A DNA stretch of 63,921 bases, counting the filler, from Octopus bimaculoides (lineage: Eukaryota): assembly GCF_001194135.2 (NCBI RefSeq). It is 7 parts of 6 records of this genome, joined end to end, with 100 filler letters (N's around TTAATTAATTAA, not from the genome) between each part and the next. Parts side by side here need not be neighbours in the genome. Positions count along the whole stretch, not along the records: positions 1 to 11,409 come from NC_068985.1; 6 more parts are not named here. One strand, 5' to 3'. The number at the start of each line of letters is the position of its first letter. The first letter of the stretch is position 1. The notes below the pieces were generated by a model. That model made no database searches and was not told the origin of the DNA. It was given only the letters and a program-made list of their open reading frames with translations. The translations under genes and the position numbers were made by a program. Shown one piece after another: positions 1 to 11,409 of this stretch.

Positions 1-34
1 AATGTATGCGTGCGAGTAGATGTAATCGCCTTAC

Positions 35-277
35 CTCGGTTTTCCTTTCGTCGACTGCGAGTCTGTCTTGTGGTATCCGATCCTTGAAGCTTGCCCCGAC
101 CCAAAGAACACTAGGAATAGCAGCTGCTTCTCCCAAACCTAAACCGTCGTTTAGCACGTCCTCTCCTGACCACGACCCCATTCGAAAAGGGCACGAATCC
201 CGATCGAGGCTCCCTCTGCCCTTCTTCCTCTTCCGGTCAACTCGCCCTTCCGGTCAACTCGCCAGTCACTGACGTCA
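35..277 (-). promoter_or_regulatory. Candidate promoter and non-coding first exon of a gene running off the left edge
   Basis: CpG-rich stretch with a perfect 17-bp tandem CTTCCGGTCAACTCGCC (230-246, 247-263; ETS core CCGGAAG on the - strand), a CRE palindrome TGACGTCA (270-277) and a canonical - strand donor GAG|GTAAGG at 35/34. Confidence 0.4.
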
Positions 278-1166
278 TACCACAGTAACAACGAATGCCG
301 CATTAAGTGAAATGGTATGGAGCTTTCTGAAAGAAACGTAAAGCTTTCGCTAGTGGAAGCAAAACTCTTATTTAAAGATTGATTCTTTGGGACAAATCAT
401 ATGCGATTGTTTAAAAAACGCTAGAACCTCAATATTAAAACGTATTTGAAATAATGGACAACAGTCGGGATATCATAATGGATGGGTAAATAAGCATCCT
501 AAAAGTGAAACCTTTATTTACCTACCAATGCGTTGTATTAACAAATAGAAGAGAGAAAATGGAATACCACCTTTCAAGTAACTCAGAATAGGTAAAGATA
601 ATCTTGTCAAAATCTAATGCAGCTTAAATACGAAGATTAAGATTGTTTGGTATTGGATATTCATCGCGTACAGTGTTCCTAGTCAATTTAATCACGGTCA
701 AAAATATTCTCTAATGCCAATATACGGCGATATAGATTAAAAAAGTATGGAAGACCCTACATACAAAAAACCACGCCCATTTACGCGGGAGTTCTGGGCA
801 AAATGTTATAGTGCATGACCATCCTTGGGACATAACTAATGTGTATGTAAAGTTTGAAGAAAATCGGTTGAGAATTGTGGAAATGTATCCGTTAGTCATT
901 ATACACAAATGCTGCGATTTATATATACTAGACACACACACNNNNNNNNNNNNNNNNNNNNNNNNNNNNNNNNNNNNNNNNNNNNNNNNNNNNNNNNNNN
1001 NNNNNNNNNNNNNNNNNNNNNNNNNNNNNNNNNNNNNNNNNNNNNNNNNNNNNNNNNNNNNNNNNNNNNNNNNNNNNNNNNNNNNNNNNNNNNNNNNNNN
1101 NNNNNNNNNNNNNNNNNNNNNNNNNNNNNNNNNNNNNNNNNNNNNNNNNNNNNNNNNNNNATATAT

Positions 1167-1573
1167 CAGGCATGTGCCGTGAGTAATTACTCAGGGTAGG
1201 TAGTTGGTGATCCTTATATAGTAAAAAACACAAAAAATAACCGAAACACAGGCGCGCGACTGAGTTGAAGGCAGATTTACTTCTGCCTTTATAGCACATA
1301 AAGAAAACGCTGTTGTAGGAGTGTGCGCAGCACGTTTACTACAGCAGTACTATGCGTAGCTTTAATACTGAGATTGAAAGGCAGGGGCGAATTATGCCTA
1401 CCTAATCTACAAAAAAATAAAATATTTTGCATTTTATCCATAATAATCAGAGTAGCCTTCATAATTTTAGTGAATTAGGTGCATATTTTGCCATAAAAGG
1501 AAAACGTTACAATCGGTCAATTTTATTCAGGGCAGGAACTGTCTACCTTGCCTACCCAGGCGGCACGTCCCTG
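1167..1573. mobile_element. hAT-like MITE
   Basis: Imperfect 14-bp TIR: CAGGCATGTGCCG at the left end versus the reverse complement CAGGGACGTGCCG at the right. The TSD cannot be scored because the flanks are a gap and microsatellites. Confidence 0.5.
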
Positions 1574-1575
<2 letters not shown>

Positions 1576-1612
<37 letters not shown>

Positions 1613-1857
1613 ATAGAAGTAAATAGACACCTTTACAATCTTATGAATTAACACCTGTACATCTTTGTTAGACATTCAATACTTCATTTCATTTTACTAT
1701 TTATATTATATATTCCATATTCTATATCCCACATTAATTTTATAAGAATATAAATAAAACATTAAAAAAAACCCAGACAAAGTTGGAACTCTTTTAAATA
1801 ATATATTCCTCTATACATTATCATACAAACCCCTTTTTTAATTTATATATATATATG

Positions 1858-1924
<67 letters not shown>
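1576..1924. repeat. (CA)n and (TA)n microsatellites
   Basis: (CA)n at about 1576-1609 and (TA)n at about 1846-1924, seen directly. Confidence 0.95.
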
Positions 1925-1926
<2 letters not shown>

Positions 1927-2029
1927 TCGGTAGAACATAAATCCGAAAAAGAAGCACACTCCAAGTTATAGAACAGTATGTAATATAAAAGTTAAATATA
2001 CCTACACCATTTAATGAGCTGTACACTCG

Positions 2030-3548
2030 AATGCTACTAGAAAATTGATGGACGTAATAAGGCGAATGAGATGGAAAGCCTTCTACCACGATCTAGCCAC
2101 AACATTCCCGGAGAGCAACAACTATGGAATAAAATCTCGGAAATACTCACCCAAGATCAAGGGCATCGAGCCCTTCGAAGCAGACTTACTGGGCATCATT
2201 CCCAAGTTAAAATTCCGTAAGTCTTCTTGCTCCTTCCAACCTAGGCTCCGTGCCAACATTAGATTGCTAAAAAACTGGAATAGGTCCCTAATCTTCTCAG
2301 ATAAGACTAAAAACATCCTTAATTACGATAGGCTGCTAGAAAACAGCATTACACAAAATTATAGGTGCCCTTCCCCATACACATACAACAACAACAGTGA
2401 AGCCAAACAATTAGCCAGCGACCTAGATATAGCTGATAAGGTAGACATCTTAGCTAAAAGGAATGCCTTTATTACCATCAAAGATCATAAACCGAACCTT
2501 GCCTGAAACCCTAAATGCCGCCCGATTAATCGGGCCAAATTCGAGATCGGTTTAGTGAGCAAGTATATATTGAAAAACATCAATAACGACATTTTGGAAA
2601 ACCACCATCCTTTCCTTATGGCGTTGCACCAACGAGGTGATTGCATGGTTTAATACCAACAAGGGGAGAGGTAGGGCAAGGTTCACCTAGTTTGACATAG
2701 TCGATTTCTACCCGTCTATATCAAAAGGGTTACTGGTCAAGGCAGTTCCCTTTGCTAGGGACTTCACTGACGCTAGCGACAGGGATATAGACGTTATTAT
2801 GCACACCAGAAAAACAGTGCTGTTCAATAAAAGGTTCGACCTGGGTTAATCAATCCGACCCCACGTGCTCCTTTGACGAAACGATGATGTATGCGACCTC
2901 ATCGAGTTGTATATCCTCGATACTCTTAAGAATAAGTTTCCCTCTGTACTCTTTGGTCTCTACTGAGATGACGCCCTGGCCATCTCTCGAGGGGCAAACG
3001 GGCACAGCCTAGACAGGTTTAGGAAAGATCTAATTAGCACACTTGGCTCCATGGGATTGAAAATCACCATCGAGACCAACCTCACCACCGCAGACTTCTT
3101 AAACGTCACGCTCGACTTGGGCTCCGGTATATGCAGGCCCTACCACAAGCCAAATGAGAGGCTAACGTACATCAACAGAGCCTTCTGTCACCCACCCATT
3201 GTGTTAAAAAACCTGGTGAAGGGTGTTAGCAAGAGGATCACGAACCTTTCCTCTAGCCAAAATACCCTTGATGCAGCAGCCCCCTACTATAACGAGGCTG
3301 TAGCTGCTAGCGGATTTAGGAACCGCATCTCCTACATGCTGGGCCTAACATCCGTAGAAGAAAGCGCCGCAGAAATATCATTTGGTATACCCCAACACTT
3401 CTCTCTTAATGTAAAAAAGTTTGTTGGTAGGATATTCTTTAAACTAATAGATAAACATTTCACAAGTTCGCATAGGTACGTACGGAGGCATTTTCAACAG
3501 GCACAACCTTCTTTTTTTCTGTTGAGAGCTTATATGCCCTGTTATTAG
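2030..3548 (+). mobile_element. Degenerate Penelope-like retroelement, RT region (pseudogenised)
   Basis: Translations give IRRMRWKAFY, *NPKCRPINRAKFEIGLVSK, FDIVDFYPSISK (2691), GLY*DD (2955-2972, YRDD with CGA>TGA) and DFLNVTLDL...YHKPNERLTYIN. These are typical PLE RT motifs, broken by stops and frameshifts. Confidence 0.85.
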
Positions 3549-3609
3549 ACTATTTTCCTTAGTCAGTGCACGGTGATCGCCATAAGCTTTAAGATTATAT
3601 AAAAATACC

Positions 3610-3610
<1 letters not shown>

Positions 3611-3670
<60 letters not shown>
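3611..3670. repeat. (TCTA)n microsatellite
   Basis: Direct observation. Confidence 0.95.
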
Positions 3671-3671
<1 letters not shown>

Positions 3672-3905
3672 AAGCAACACTAATAATAAATAAAAAAACA
3701 TAAAAATAAACAAGCTTTTGACGGTTTTATAGATATTTCAAAATTATGATGCTATGATGCTAGGTGTTTCCGTTATTTTGTCCAACCCCTGTATATATAT
3801 GTGTGTGTGTATAATTAAGGGATAAAACCATTAAAACTAATGAATTTTATCAGTGGCTAGCATATATAAAAAGAACTTAGGTAAAATACATATACAAAGA
3901 TATAT

Positions 3906-4161
3906 AATTGTATAGGGTACAATTATACTTAAGGGCACAGAAGCTACCATGCCTATATGTCATCAAACTAATCCAGACATTGATCAATCCAAAACTATCT
4001 GAATTATTTTATGAATTTTTAGTCAGTCTGCTTTCCCACTTTCAACCTGTGTATATATGTGGAGTGAATATATACAGTGGTTTGACGTATTTGGCGTCTA
4101 TTTTCAGCATATAGACATAGTAGCTTCTGTGTCCTTAAGTGTAATTGTAGCCAATACAATT
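3906..4161. mobile_element. Foldback MITE with long TIRs, superfamily unassigned
   Basis: 54-bp inverted repeats at 3906-3959 and 4108-4161 with 6 mismatches; no clear TSD. Confidence 0.65.
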
Positions 4162-5189
4162 CTCTCTCTAGCCAGGCTCAATGTGAATAAGTGTGGTGTT
4201 GTTAAACTGGGAAACTAATTATGTAGGAAGGGGGATAGATGAGGAAAATATGTGTTTGTAGAGTGTAGATTGATAGAAATTTATGGAAAGGAGATTTATG
4301 CAGATATTTTATTATTGCATAGGCTTCAGTCAAACGTGGAAATTTTCTGTAAAATGTTCAGCCACTTACGCAATAAATCAGCCTGTAGGCAATTCATTTG
4401 ATCGAACAAGTGAATACGCGTCATTGAAAATCAGAGATTCATTTTTTAATACTTATTTTTCAATAAAGGCAACCATACCAAATTAATGCCAGCGCAAAAC
4501 TTATTGACTGGATTTTCAGTAAGCTTTGTATGTGCTTCTCTGATTTTTATAACTTTCCACTGTTGTTCTTTAACATGGAAATTCGACTTAATAGCATTGT
4601 ATGAAAGATACAAAGAAATTTGACTTGATATTTAGTTTTGATTTAAGAATGTCTGGGATTCTTATATGATGGATTGGTTATTTGTTATCGAGGAATTTAG
4701 TTTTGAGGACTCTCATGTCTTCTGTGTAAGTCAATTGTACACGATGAAGTTTCGACAATTCTCTTTTTTTTTTAACTGTAGATTGTGAGGCAGTTGAGAG
4801 GCAATTTTAAAGTCCAGTGACATTTGGTTTTTACCACATAGGTATTCTGACTTCTGCTTCTGTTCTTTTTGTAAGTATATTAAGGATTGGCAACTGGTGG
4901 TGTATTTTCGTTTCCAGAGTAAACTGATATTGTAGTGAGTTCATGTTATCTCTAAGGATAAGGACAGTCTTTTCGTGTCATCCATGATCTTCAATGCCGT
5001 AGATTTTAGTGCTAAATTTCGAATAACTCCAATATATCTATGATATACAGAGTATACAGAGGAATTATGAACATTCTTTAGCAGGCCATAAATAGAAAAT
5101 GATTTTATGTAAAGTTACGCAGCTTGCGCCAAATGTTAACATTCTCATTTATCTTCCAGAGATATCGTCAGTAACAACATAGCACCTTC

Positions 5190-5640
5190 TAATTTGACAC
5201 AGGAAATGAAAAGGCACGTTGTGTTCATGGCTCTAGCCATCAACCATAACCCTCAGAAACCACCATTTTTAAATGTGGCAGTGTCCTTCGTATTTAGAGC
5301 CAGGAACAAGCTGGAGGTCTGTGGTGGGATATCATCCATGACCAAGTGTAAGAAACATTGTCAGTGGCCAGATGTCATCAGGACAGCTGCGTTCATCCAC
5401 CTAGTACTCGACATCATCATCAGCTACCATAATGATTTTATGAGGGCCATCATCGAGCAGCTCAAGGTTTATGAGATCATTGTTAAACGCCAGAAACAAG
5501 TCCTATGGATCCGATGACACGGCAGTTCATGTCCGGCAAGAACTGAGAGAACAATGTAATCATGTGGTCTTAAAATCATGAGACACTCCGGCTCTCTTGA
5601 TTCGAATCTGTTGGACTACTGGATCTGGGGTGCTGCAAAT
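5190..5640 (+). mobile_element. Decayed, internally deleted Tc1/mariner (maT/DD37D-like) transposase fragment
   Basis: N-terminal HTH-like segment (VSFVFRARNKLE...DVIRTAAFI...MRAIIEQLKVYE) plus SLDSNLLDYWIWG at 5593-5631, matching the SPDLNPLDYxIW motif. Confidence 0.55.
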
Positions 5641-5969
5641 GGGAGAGGTGGCGGCTGGCATCTCTACAGTGCCTAGGGCTTGTTGGAAATTGCTGTCGTG
5701 GATTGGTTAGGAGTCACCTAATCATGGCATGCAATCTCTTCCGTGGCGGAATCGGGGCCATTGTTGTGGCTAAAGGTATTTGTTGAATTGCGCCTTTCTT
5801 CGATGTATTTAGGTGAACATGCATATCCCGCTTTTTATCTGGGTGTATATTGTTTTATTTTTGGTGCCTTAGTTGTTCTTTTTTGCGTTTGGTTTTGTTG
5901 TCGGTTGCCTGGGGCATTCTGTATATTAGCATTACCATTACCTTCCTGCTTGCCTTTGTAAATACATCA

Positions 5970-6052
5970 GCAACAGCGACAGCAGCAGCAGCAGCAGCAA
6001 CAGAAGTATCAGCAGCAGCAACAGCAGTAGCAACAGCAGTAGCAACAGCAGC
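5970..6052. repeat. (GCA)n-type degenerate trinucleotide repeat
   Basis: Direct observation; it explains the poly-Ala ORFs in this region. Confidence 0.9.
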
Positions 6053-7384
6053 AGGTGTATATTTCTCTTTCCCAGAAGAAATCAATGATATTTATTTTTA
6101 TTGTAAACAACATCTGTTCACGTCTAGTTTTGCCGAGAACCTTATTGTAATTGATAAACGCGAAAAAGAAAAAGAAAATACCTCCATGTTTCTGTTTAAT
6201 CATTATCATTGTGTAACAGATGTCAATTAACCGTTTCCATACCTATTGATCACAACGTACAACGTTACAACATTACAGAGGGGATAACACTTCTAAAACA
6301 TTTGTTTGAAATACAATAAGCGGGATTAAATCTCATCTGAATTTTGATATTTCACTAAATTAAATCGTATTCCTATTAAGATCATGATTAATATATAAGT
6401 GTCATATAATCAAATATTTCTCATAGGCGGCGGTGGCAGGTGAGTAGGGAGGAGTTGCGATGACTGAAAAAGAGGAAGGCAAATTACTCTGTTTAATAAA
6501 AATGGTTTTGAATTTTGTAAATTTGTCTAACACAATCACGAAGAAAGAAGAATTTACATGGATACAAACTTTATTCTGTTTTGTCCTTTATAAAGCAGAA
6601 AACATTTCACTTATATATGTTTCATGCTTTTAAGATACACTAAATTGGTAGATTTATATATAGCATACCATGTATCTCCAAACAATCTTGCAGGCTCAGT
6701 TCATACGTTAGATGTATTTAAAAACCAGAACGGTGGACTATGAGAAAACATGAAAGAAAAAAAAAACGAAGTAAAAAAACCTATATTGGAACTGTAAATC
6801 ATGACTAAATTTTACCTATACGGTTTATATTGCGCCCAGCTGCTCACATTAATGTTATGCTATACCATTTGGCATTTCGCTGAATCACTCATAAATATAT
6901 ATGGCAAATATGTATATTGACAGAGAGAATTAGCTGTTCCATGGACTCAATGGAGACACACTATTGACAGTTTCCATTAGGATGAAACTGTACAGTCCAG
7001 TGTCCTAGCTTTGCTTCGCTCTTGGGGCAGTTATCTACCATGTCAGTATATATAAATGTGATTTTACGCAGCTATAAGTGGTTTTACTCTTATTTTTAGT
7101 GATATATGTGCTTGTAGCACATACAGTGACAATTAGTGCCGACAAAATTTTATCTATACAGTTTATATTGCACTCAGCTGCTCACACCCATCCATCCATC
7201 TTAACGAAGGTAGCTATACGCAATATAAAACCAAACAGGAAAAGTTCAGTTGTCACTAATTATGACTGACGGTACACGATAGCACCTACATTGCTAGAAA
7301 TAAGGGTTGAAAAAACTTAGCCACAAGGAAGCACAGTTCCATCCACCAACAGGGGAAGTAACCACCCCATAGCTATATTTATAT

Positions 7385-7427
<43 letters not shown>

Positions 7428-7428
7428 A

Positions 7429-7610
7429 AGGCGTGTGGCTTAGTGCTTAGGGTGTTGCGCTCATGACCGCAGCAAGATCGTAGTTTCTATTTCCAGACCA
7501 GCGGTGCGCTGTGGTCTTGAGAAAAAAACTTTAATTTACATTGCTCTAGTCAACTCGGCTGTAAATGAGTAACCCTGCCAGTGGGGTGGCATCATTCGAA
7601 AGACACGATG
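7429..7610 (+). mobile_element. tRNA-derived SINE (family B-like, degenerate), after a (GT)n(GC)n tract
   Basis: Head GGCTTAGTGCTTAGGGTGTTGCGCTCATGA and core GTGGTCTTGAG, similar to the copies at 27066 and 47375. Confidence 0.6.
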
Positions 7611-7686
7611 ATTCGAAAAAACGCATTGTGGCTTTAGATGGGTTGTAGGCCGTTATTGAGCCATCTAATAAGACACCCAAAAAGGC

Positions 7687-8584
7687 TGTAATTTGACTGG
7701 CAGTAATCCCGGACGGAAAACACGTACGAGAAAGGTTGTCTTAAAACACTTTTATTTATGACCACACGTACACGTCCAAAGGAATGACAAACAATGGTTG
7801 GTGTGTAAGGGCCATGGTCTTCTGTGCTTTGCTCCTATTTGCTAGCGGGCCTGAGGCCTATGGTAGAGCCAGTCAAATTGCGTCCTCACAGCTTGCGTGT
7901 CCATGCAGAAAAGAACAAGAGATGAGGTCACGTATCTGAACCTCAATATTGTGTGGCGCCCTCTCTCTGTATAGCCAGCTTGTTTACTCCAGTCAAGGAG
8001 GTAATACGCCTACAGAGGGCCCCCTCGTAGACCGGAAAACGGTCGATTAATAATAGTGTAGGCGGAGTGTACTAGGAGGGCACAGAAGAATGAACCATGG
8101 CAAACAGTTGTATGAACAATTGAAAAAATACAATACAAGGAAAAACATTCACCAAAGAAAGGTGTGCAATCAAGTAGAACAAGGCATATATATACAAAGA
8201 TACAAAAGAAAGAAATGTGAATGCAGTGTCTCTAGCGACATAAGTCTATTCTCCGGAACAGTCACTGGCAAGGCAAAATTAAGAAATGTAAATAGTCTGA
8301 GACAATTTCTTCGGCCAATGAACCGATCTGCCAGAACGTGTCCTGTAAGGTGAAGAATGTTTTTGTGTACTTGTTGTTTTGGTGAGAGGAGGTGGTTTTT
8401 GTGGGGGTAGGGATGGCAGTGTTTGTGGAATGATGGGTGTGTCGGCAAGCGTCCTCACAGCTTGCGTGTCCATGCAGAAAAGAAGAAGAGATGAGGTCAC
8501 GTATCTGAACTTCAATGTTGTGTGGCGCCCTCTCACTGTATAGCTAGCTTGTTTACCCCTGTCAAGTGGGGTAATACGCCTACA
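7687..8584 (-). mobile_element. Internally deleted Ty3/Gypsy (CsRn1-like) LTR retrotransposon
   Basis: Complete 3' LTR at 7687-8014 (TGT...ACA, AATAAA on the - strand). A partial 5' LTR at 8449-8584 repeats 7880-8014. The pol C-terminus YRTRSGRSVHWPKKL (ORF 8279-8620) is present. Flanks AGGC/TGGC fit a 4-bp TSD with 1 mismatch. Confidence 0.7.
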
Positions 8585-8784
8585 TGGCCAACAGTGTATA
8601 ACATCCGATAGTCTGGTCAATACAGGGATCGATGCTAGAGTGGCCTAAACAATTTTAGTGATCGTTAAACATTCTCGTATCTTCCATCTTCTGTCTTTCT
8701 CATAACCCAAATACCGAACGAACACTGTCAAAGTGAATGTTCTTTATATATGACCGTGGGATCGCACCTAGAAAGTTCCTCTCC

Positions 8785-8990
8785 GCGGAACAAGTCCGGG
8801 CAAGGTTGTTTATGGAAGACTTGCAGTCACCCATGCATACCAGCCTCCTTTCTCCACACCACCAATGTTATTCAAGAGAGAGGCAAAAGCCAATAAAGCT
8901 TGACACCACTGACATTGCAACTCATTTCTACAGCAGATGGAACTGGAACAACGTGGGATCTTTTTGGTTTGACGGGCAACACTTGTTTTC
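8785..8990 (-). mobile_element. SINE fragment sharing the family-B core with a different 3' tail
   Basis: Contains a degenerate reverse complement of the TTTCACGTTGCTCCAGT core (ACTGGAACAACGTG) plus a distinct tail. Confidence 0.45.
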
Positions 8991-9238
8991 TTAACGAAAC
9001 ACTTTCAAACTTGGGACACTTGTAGAATGTGTCATATAAAACAACTTTTTCTCTTAGCCTTCTTAAAAAAAATTGTACATCGCAAGTTATTTCATGTTAA
9101 AGTTGTCGTATTTCTATAATTTCAACCAATCACTGACATCTATTCAGCTGAATACAGTTAGTGCTGTTTTGTAAACAATAATTTTTTTGCCGGTGTCAAG
9201 TGTTATTCCCTGTTTAATTATATCATTATTCCCTAGTA

Positions 9239-9394
9239 AGGGTTTAGGGTTAGGGTTCGGGTTTTAGAGTTAGGGTTAGGGTAAGGATTATGGTTAAGGT
9301 TATGAGTGAGGTTATGGCAAAAATAATCATAACCCTAACCGTAATCCTAAAACTAACCCTAACTCTAAAACCCGAACCCTAACCCTAAAACCCT
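9239..9394. repeat. Inverted pair of degenerate telomeric (TTAGGG)/(CCCTAA) tracts
   Basis: The arms at 9239-9305 and 9327-9394 are about 90% reverse-complement identical around a 21-nt spacer. Confidence 0.9.
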
Positions 9395-10095
9395 AAAGCT
9401 AAAACCAGTACAAACGCACGAACGATGTCATAAATAACAGTGACAAACGAAATATATACCGCTGATAGTTGTTGTTGACAACGGGTAGTTGTTGTTGATA
9501 AANNNNNNNNNNNNNNNNNNNNNNNNNNNNNNNNNNNNNNNNNNNNNNNNNNNNNNNNNNNNNNNNNNNNNNNNNNNNNNNNNNNNNNNNNNNNNNNNNN
9601 NNNNNNNNNNNNNNNNNNNNNNNNNNNNNNNNNNNNNNNNNNNNNNNNNNNNNNNNNNNNNNNNNNNNNNNNNNNNNNNNNNNNNNNNNNNNNNNNNNNN
9701 NNNNNNNNNNNNNNNNNNNNNNNNNNNNNNNNNNNNNNNNNNNNNNNNNNNNNNNNNNNNNNNNNNNNNNNNNNNNNNNNNNNNNNNNNNNNNNNNNNNN
9801 NNNNNNNNNNNNNNNNNNNNNNNNNNNNNNNNNNNNNNNNNNNNNNNNNNNNNNNNNNNNNNNNNNNNNNNNNNNNNNNNNNNNNNNNNNNNNNNNNNNN
9901 NNNNNNNNNNNNNNNNNNNNNNNNNNNNNNNNNNNNNNNNNNNNNNNNNNNNNNNNNNNNNNNNNNNNNNNNNNNNNNNNNNNNNNNNNNNNNNNNNNNN
10001 NNNNNNNNNNNNNNNNNNNNNNNNNNNNNNNNNNNNNNNNNNNNNNNNNNNNNNNNNNNNNNNNNNNNNNNNNNNNNNNNNNNNNNNNNNNNNNC

Positions 10096-10274
10096 TGTAG
10101 GCAGGAACTTCGCTGTGGGCTAGCTAGGAAGTTGGTCAGCAGCGAAAGGGACTTCCAGTGAGAGAAGAACAACAAAAGAATGTCAGCAGTGAGTGTTAAA
10201 TGAATCTGAATGAACTAAACAGAAATAACTGGCGATTTAAGCCCCGATGTACGTAAAGTAATAGGCATAACTAC
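10096..10274. mobile_element. Possible solo LTR
   Basis: Bounded by TGTAG...CTACA. The left flank is a gap, so the TSD is untestable. Confidence 0.25.
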
Positions 10275-10316
10275 AGATTTCTGTCTCCCCGCCCCGACTT
10301 TAGATGATCATTATCA

Positions 10317-10560
10317 GAAAAATGGATATTTTTTAAATGAAATCTTATACGAATATGTGTTATATCATGTAGATTCCGAATATACAAAAGTTTTTGGGGA
10401 AAGTGTTTTAGGAGGGGGTGGAGAATTTCGGCAAAATTCACTGGCGTCCAATTCAATTCGTCTTAACTTTCAAGAAAATGGATATTTTTTAATGAAATTC
10501 AATACAAATATACCTCGGACTATGTAGAATCCGAGAACATAGGAATTTTGGGGGAAAACA
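10317..10560. repeat. Degenerate ~157-bp direct repeat (probable subterminal repeats of a DNA element)
   Basis: GAAAA(A)TGGATATTTTT..AATGAAAT...ATGTAGA.TCCGA...TTTTGGGG at 10317 and 10474; a related motif occurs reversed near 49406. Confidence 0.55.
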
Positions 10561-10796
10561 ATTGGGGGTTATTATTGAGGACCGTTCCCCAATCGAGAGT
10601 GTTTCGGAACAAGTCGTCCATATTTGTTTCATTTTCTCCGTTTTGTGCGTTTGTGCATCCGTAAATTTCTATTGAAGCAATGGGCAATGAAGGCAAATGA
10701 AGCCCTCACCAGAAAACTCGTTATGCTAAAAAACCTTTTGTAAATGTATTCTCGTCTTTACTGGTTTGTTTGCGTATAGCTTAACAAAGCTATAAC

Positions 10797-11409
10797 TGGT
10801 GACCCCGACGATAGAACAACAGCTCTCGCTATCGAAACAAACATGGCAAGCAACAAAACAACACTGAGGCTACCATAATTCTGGCTTAAGAAGGCTGAAC
10901 TATGGTTCGCGCAGGCGGAAGCCCAATTGAATGTAAACAGCGTAACGACCGACCAAAACAAATACTCGTACGTTGTGGCGGCACTAGATGGAAATATGGC
11001 AACGAGGGTGCTGGACATTTTAACCCAACCCCCACCAACGTACAAATACGCCATATTGAAAAACAGGCTAGTGGATAAATTCCGACGCAGTGAACGAGAA
11101 GCGGCAGCCAAGATACTGGAGGAGGAATTAAGCGATTCTAAGCCTTCGGAACTGATGGACAAGATGTTGGCATTAGTCCCCTCGGTGAGTCACCTTCCTT
11201 TTTGTTTAGGGAAATATTTCTCCGCAAGCTGCCACCCCAGGTCCAGGCCCTCATAACTCAGATTTAAATCAATGACCTGTGGCAATTAGCGAAGTCAGAT
11301 GACAAACAGTTTTTATTCAGTGGTGTTATGGTCAACGCCATAGGGTCAGCCCCGGACAGGGTAAGGTTAAGCGAGATGACCTGTGCTTCTACCACGCAAA
11401 GTTCGGGAA
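10797..11409 (+). mobile_element. Ty3/Gypsy CsRn1-clade 5' remnant: PBS plus gag pseudogene
   Basis: PBS TGGTGACCCCGACG (10797-10810) is complementary to the tRNA-Trp 3' end. ATG at 10843 gives LRLP*FWLKKAELWFAQAEAQ...KYSYVVAALD...KPSELMDKM, with the CHCC knuckle start CFYHAKFG at the gap edge. Confidence 0.85.

Noticed and set aside
5850-6230. 126-aa ORF with hydrophobic N-terminus and poly-Ala tract
   Set aside because: Openness is explained by a (GCA)n repeat and T-rich sequence; no domain or splice support.
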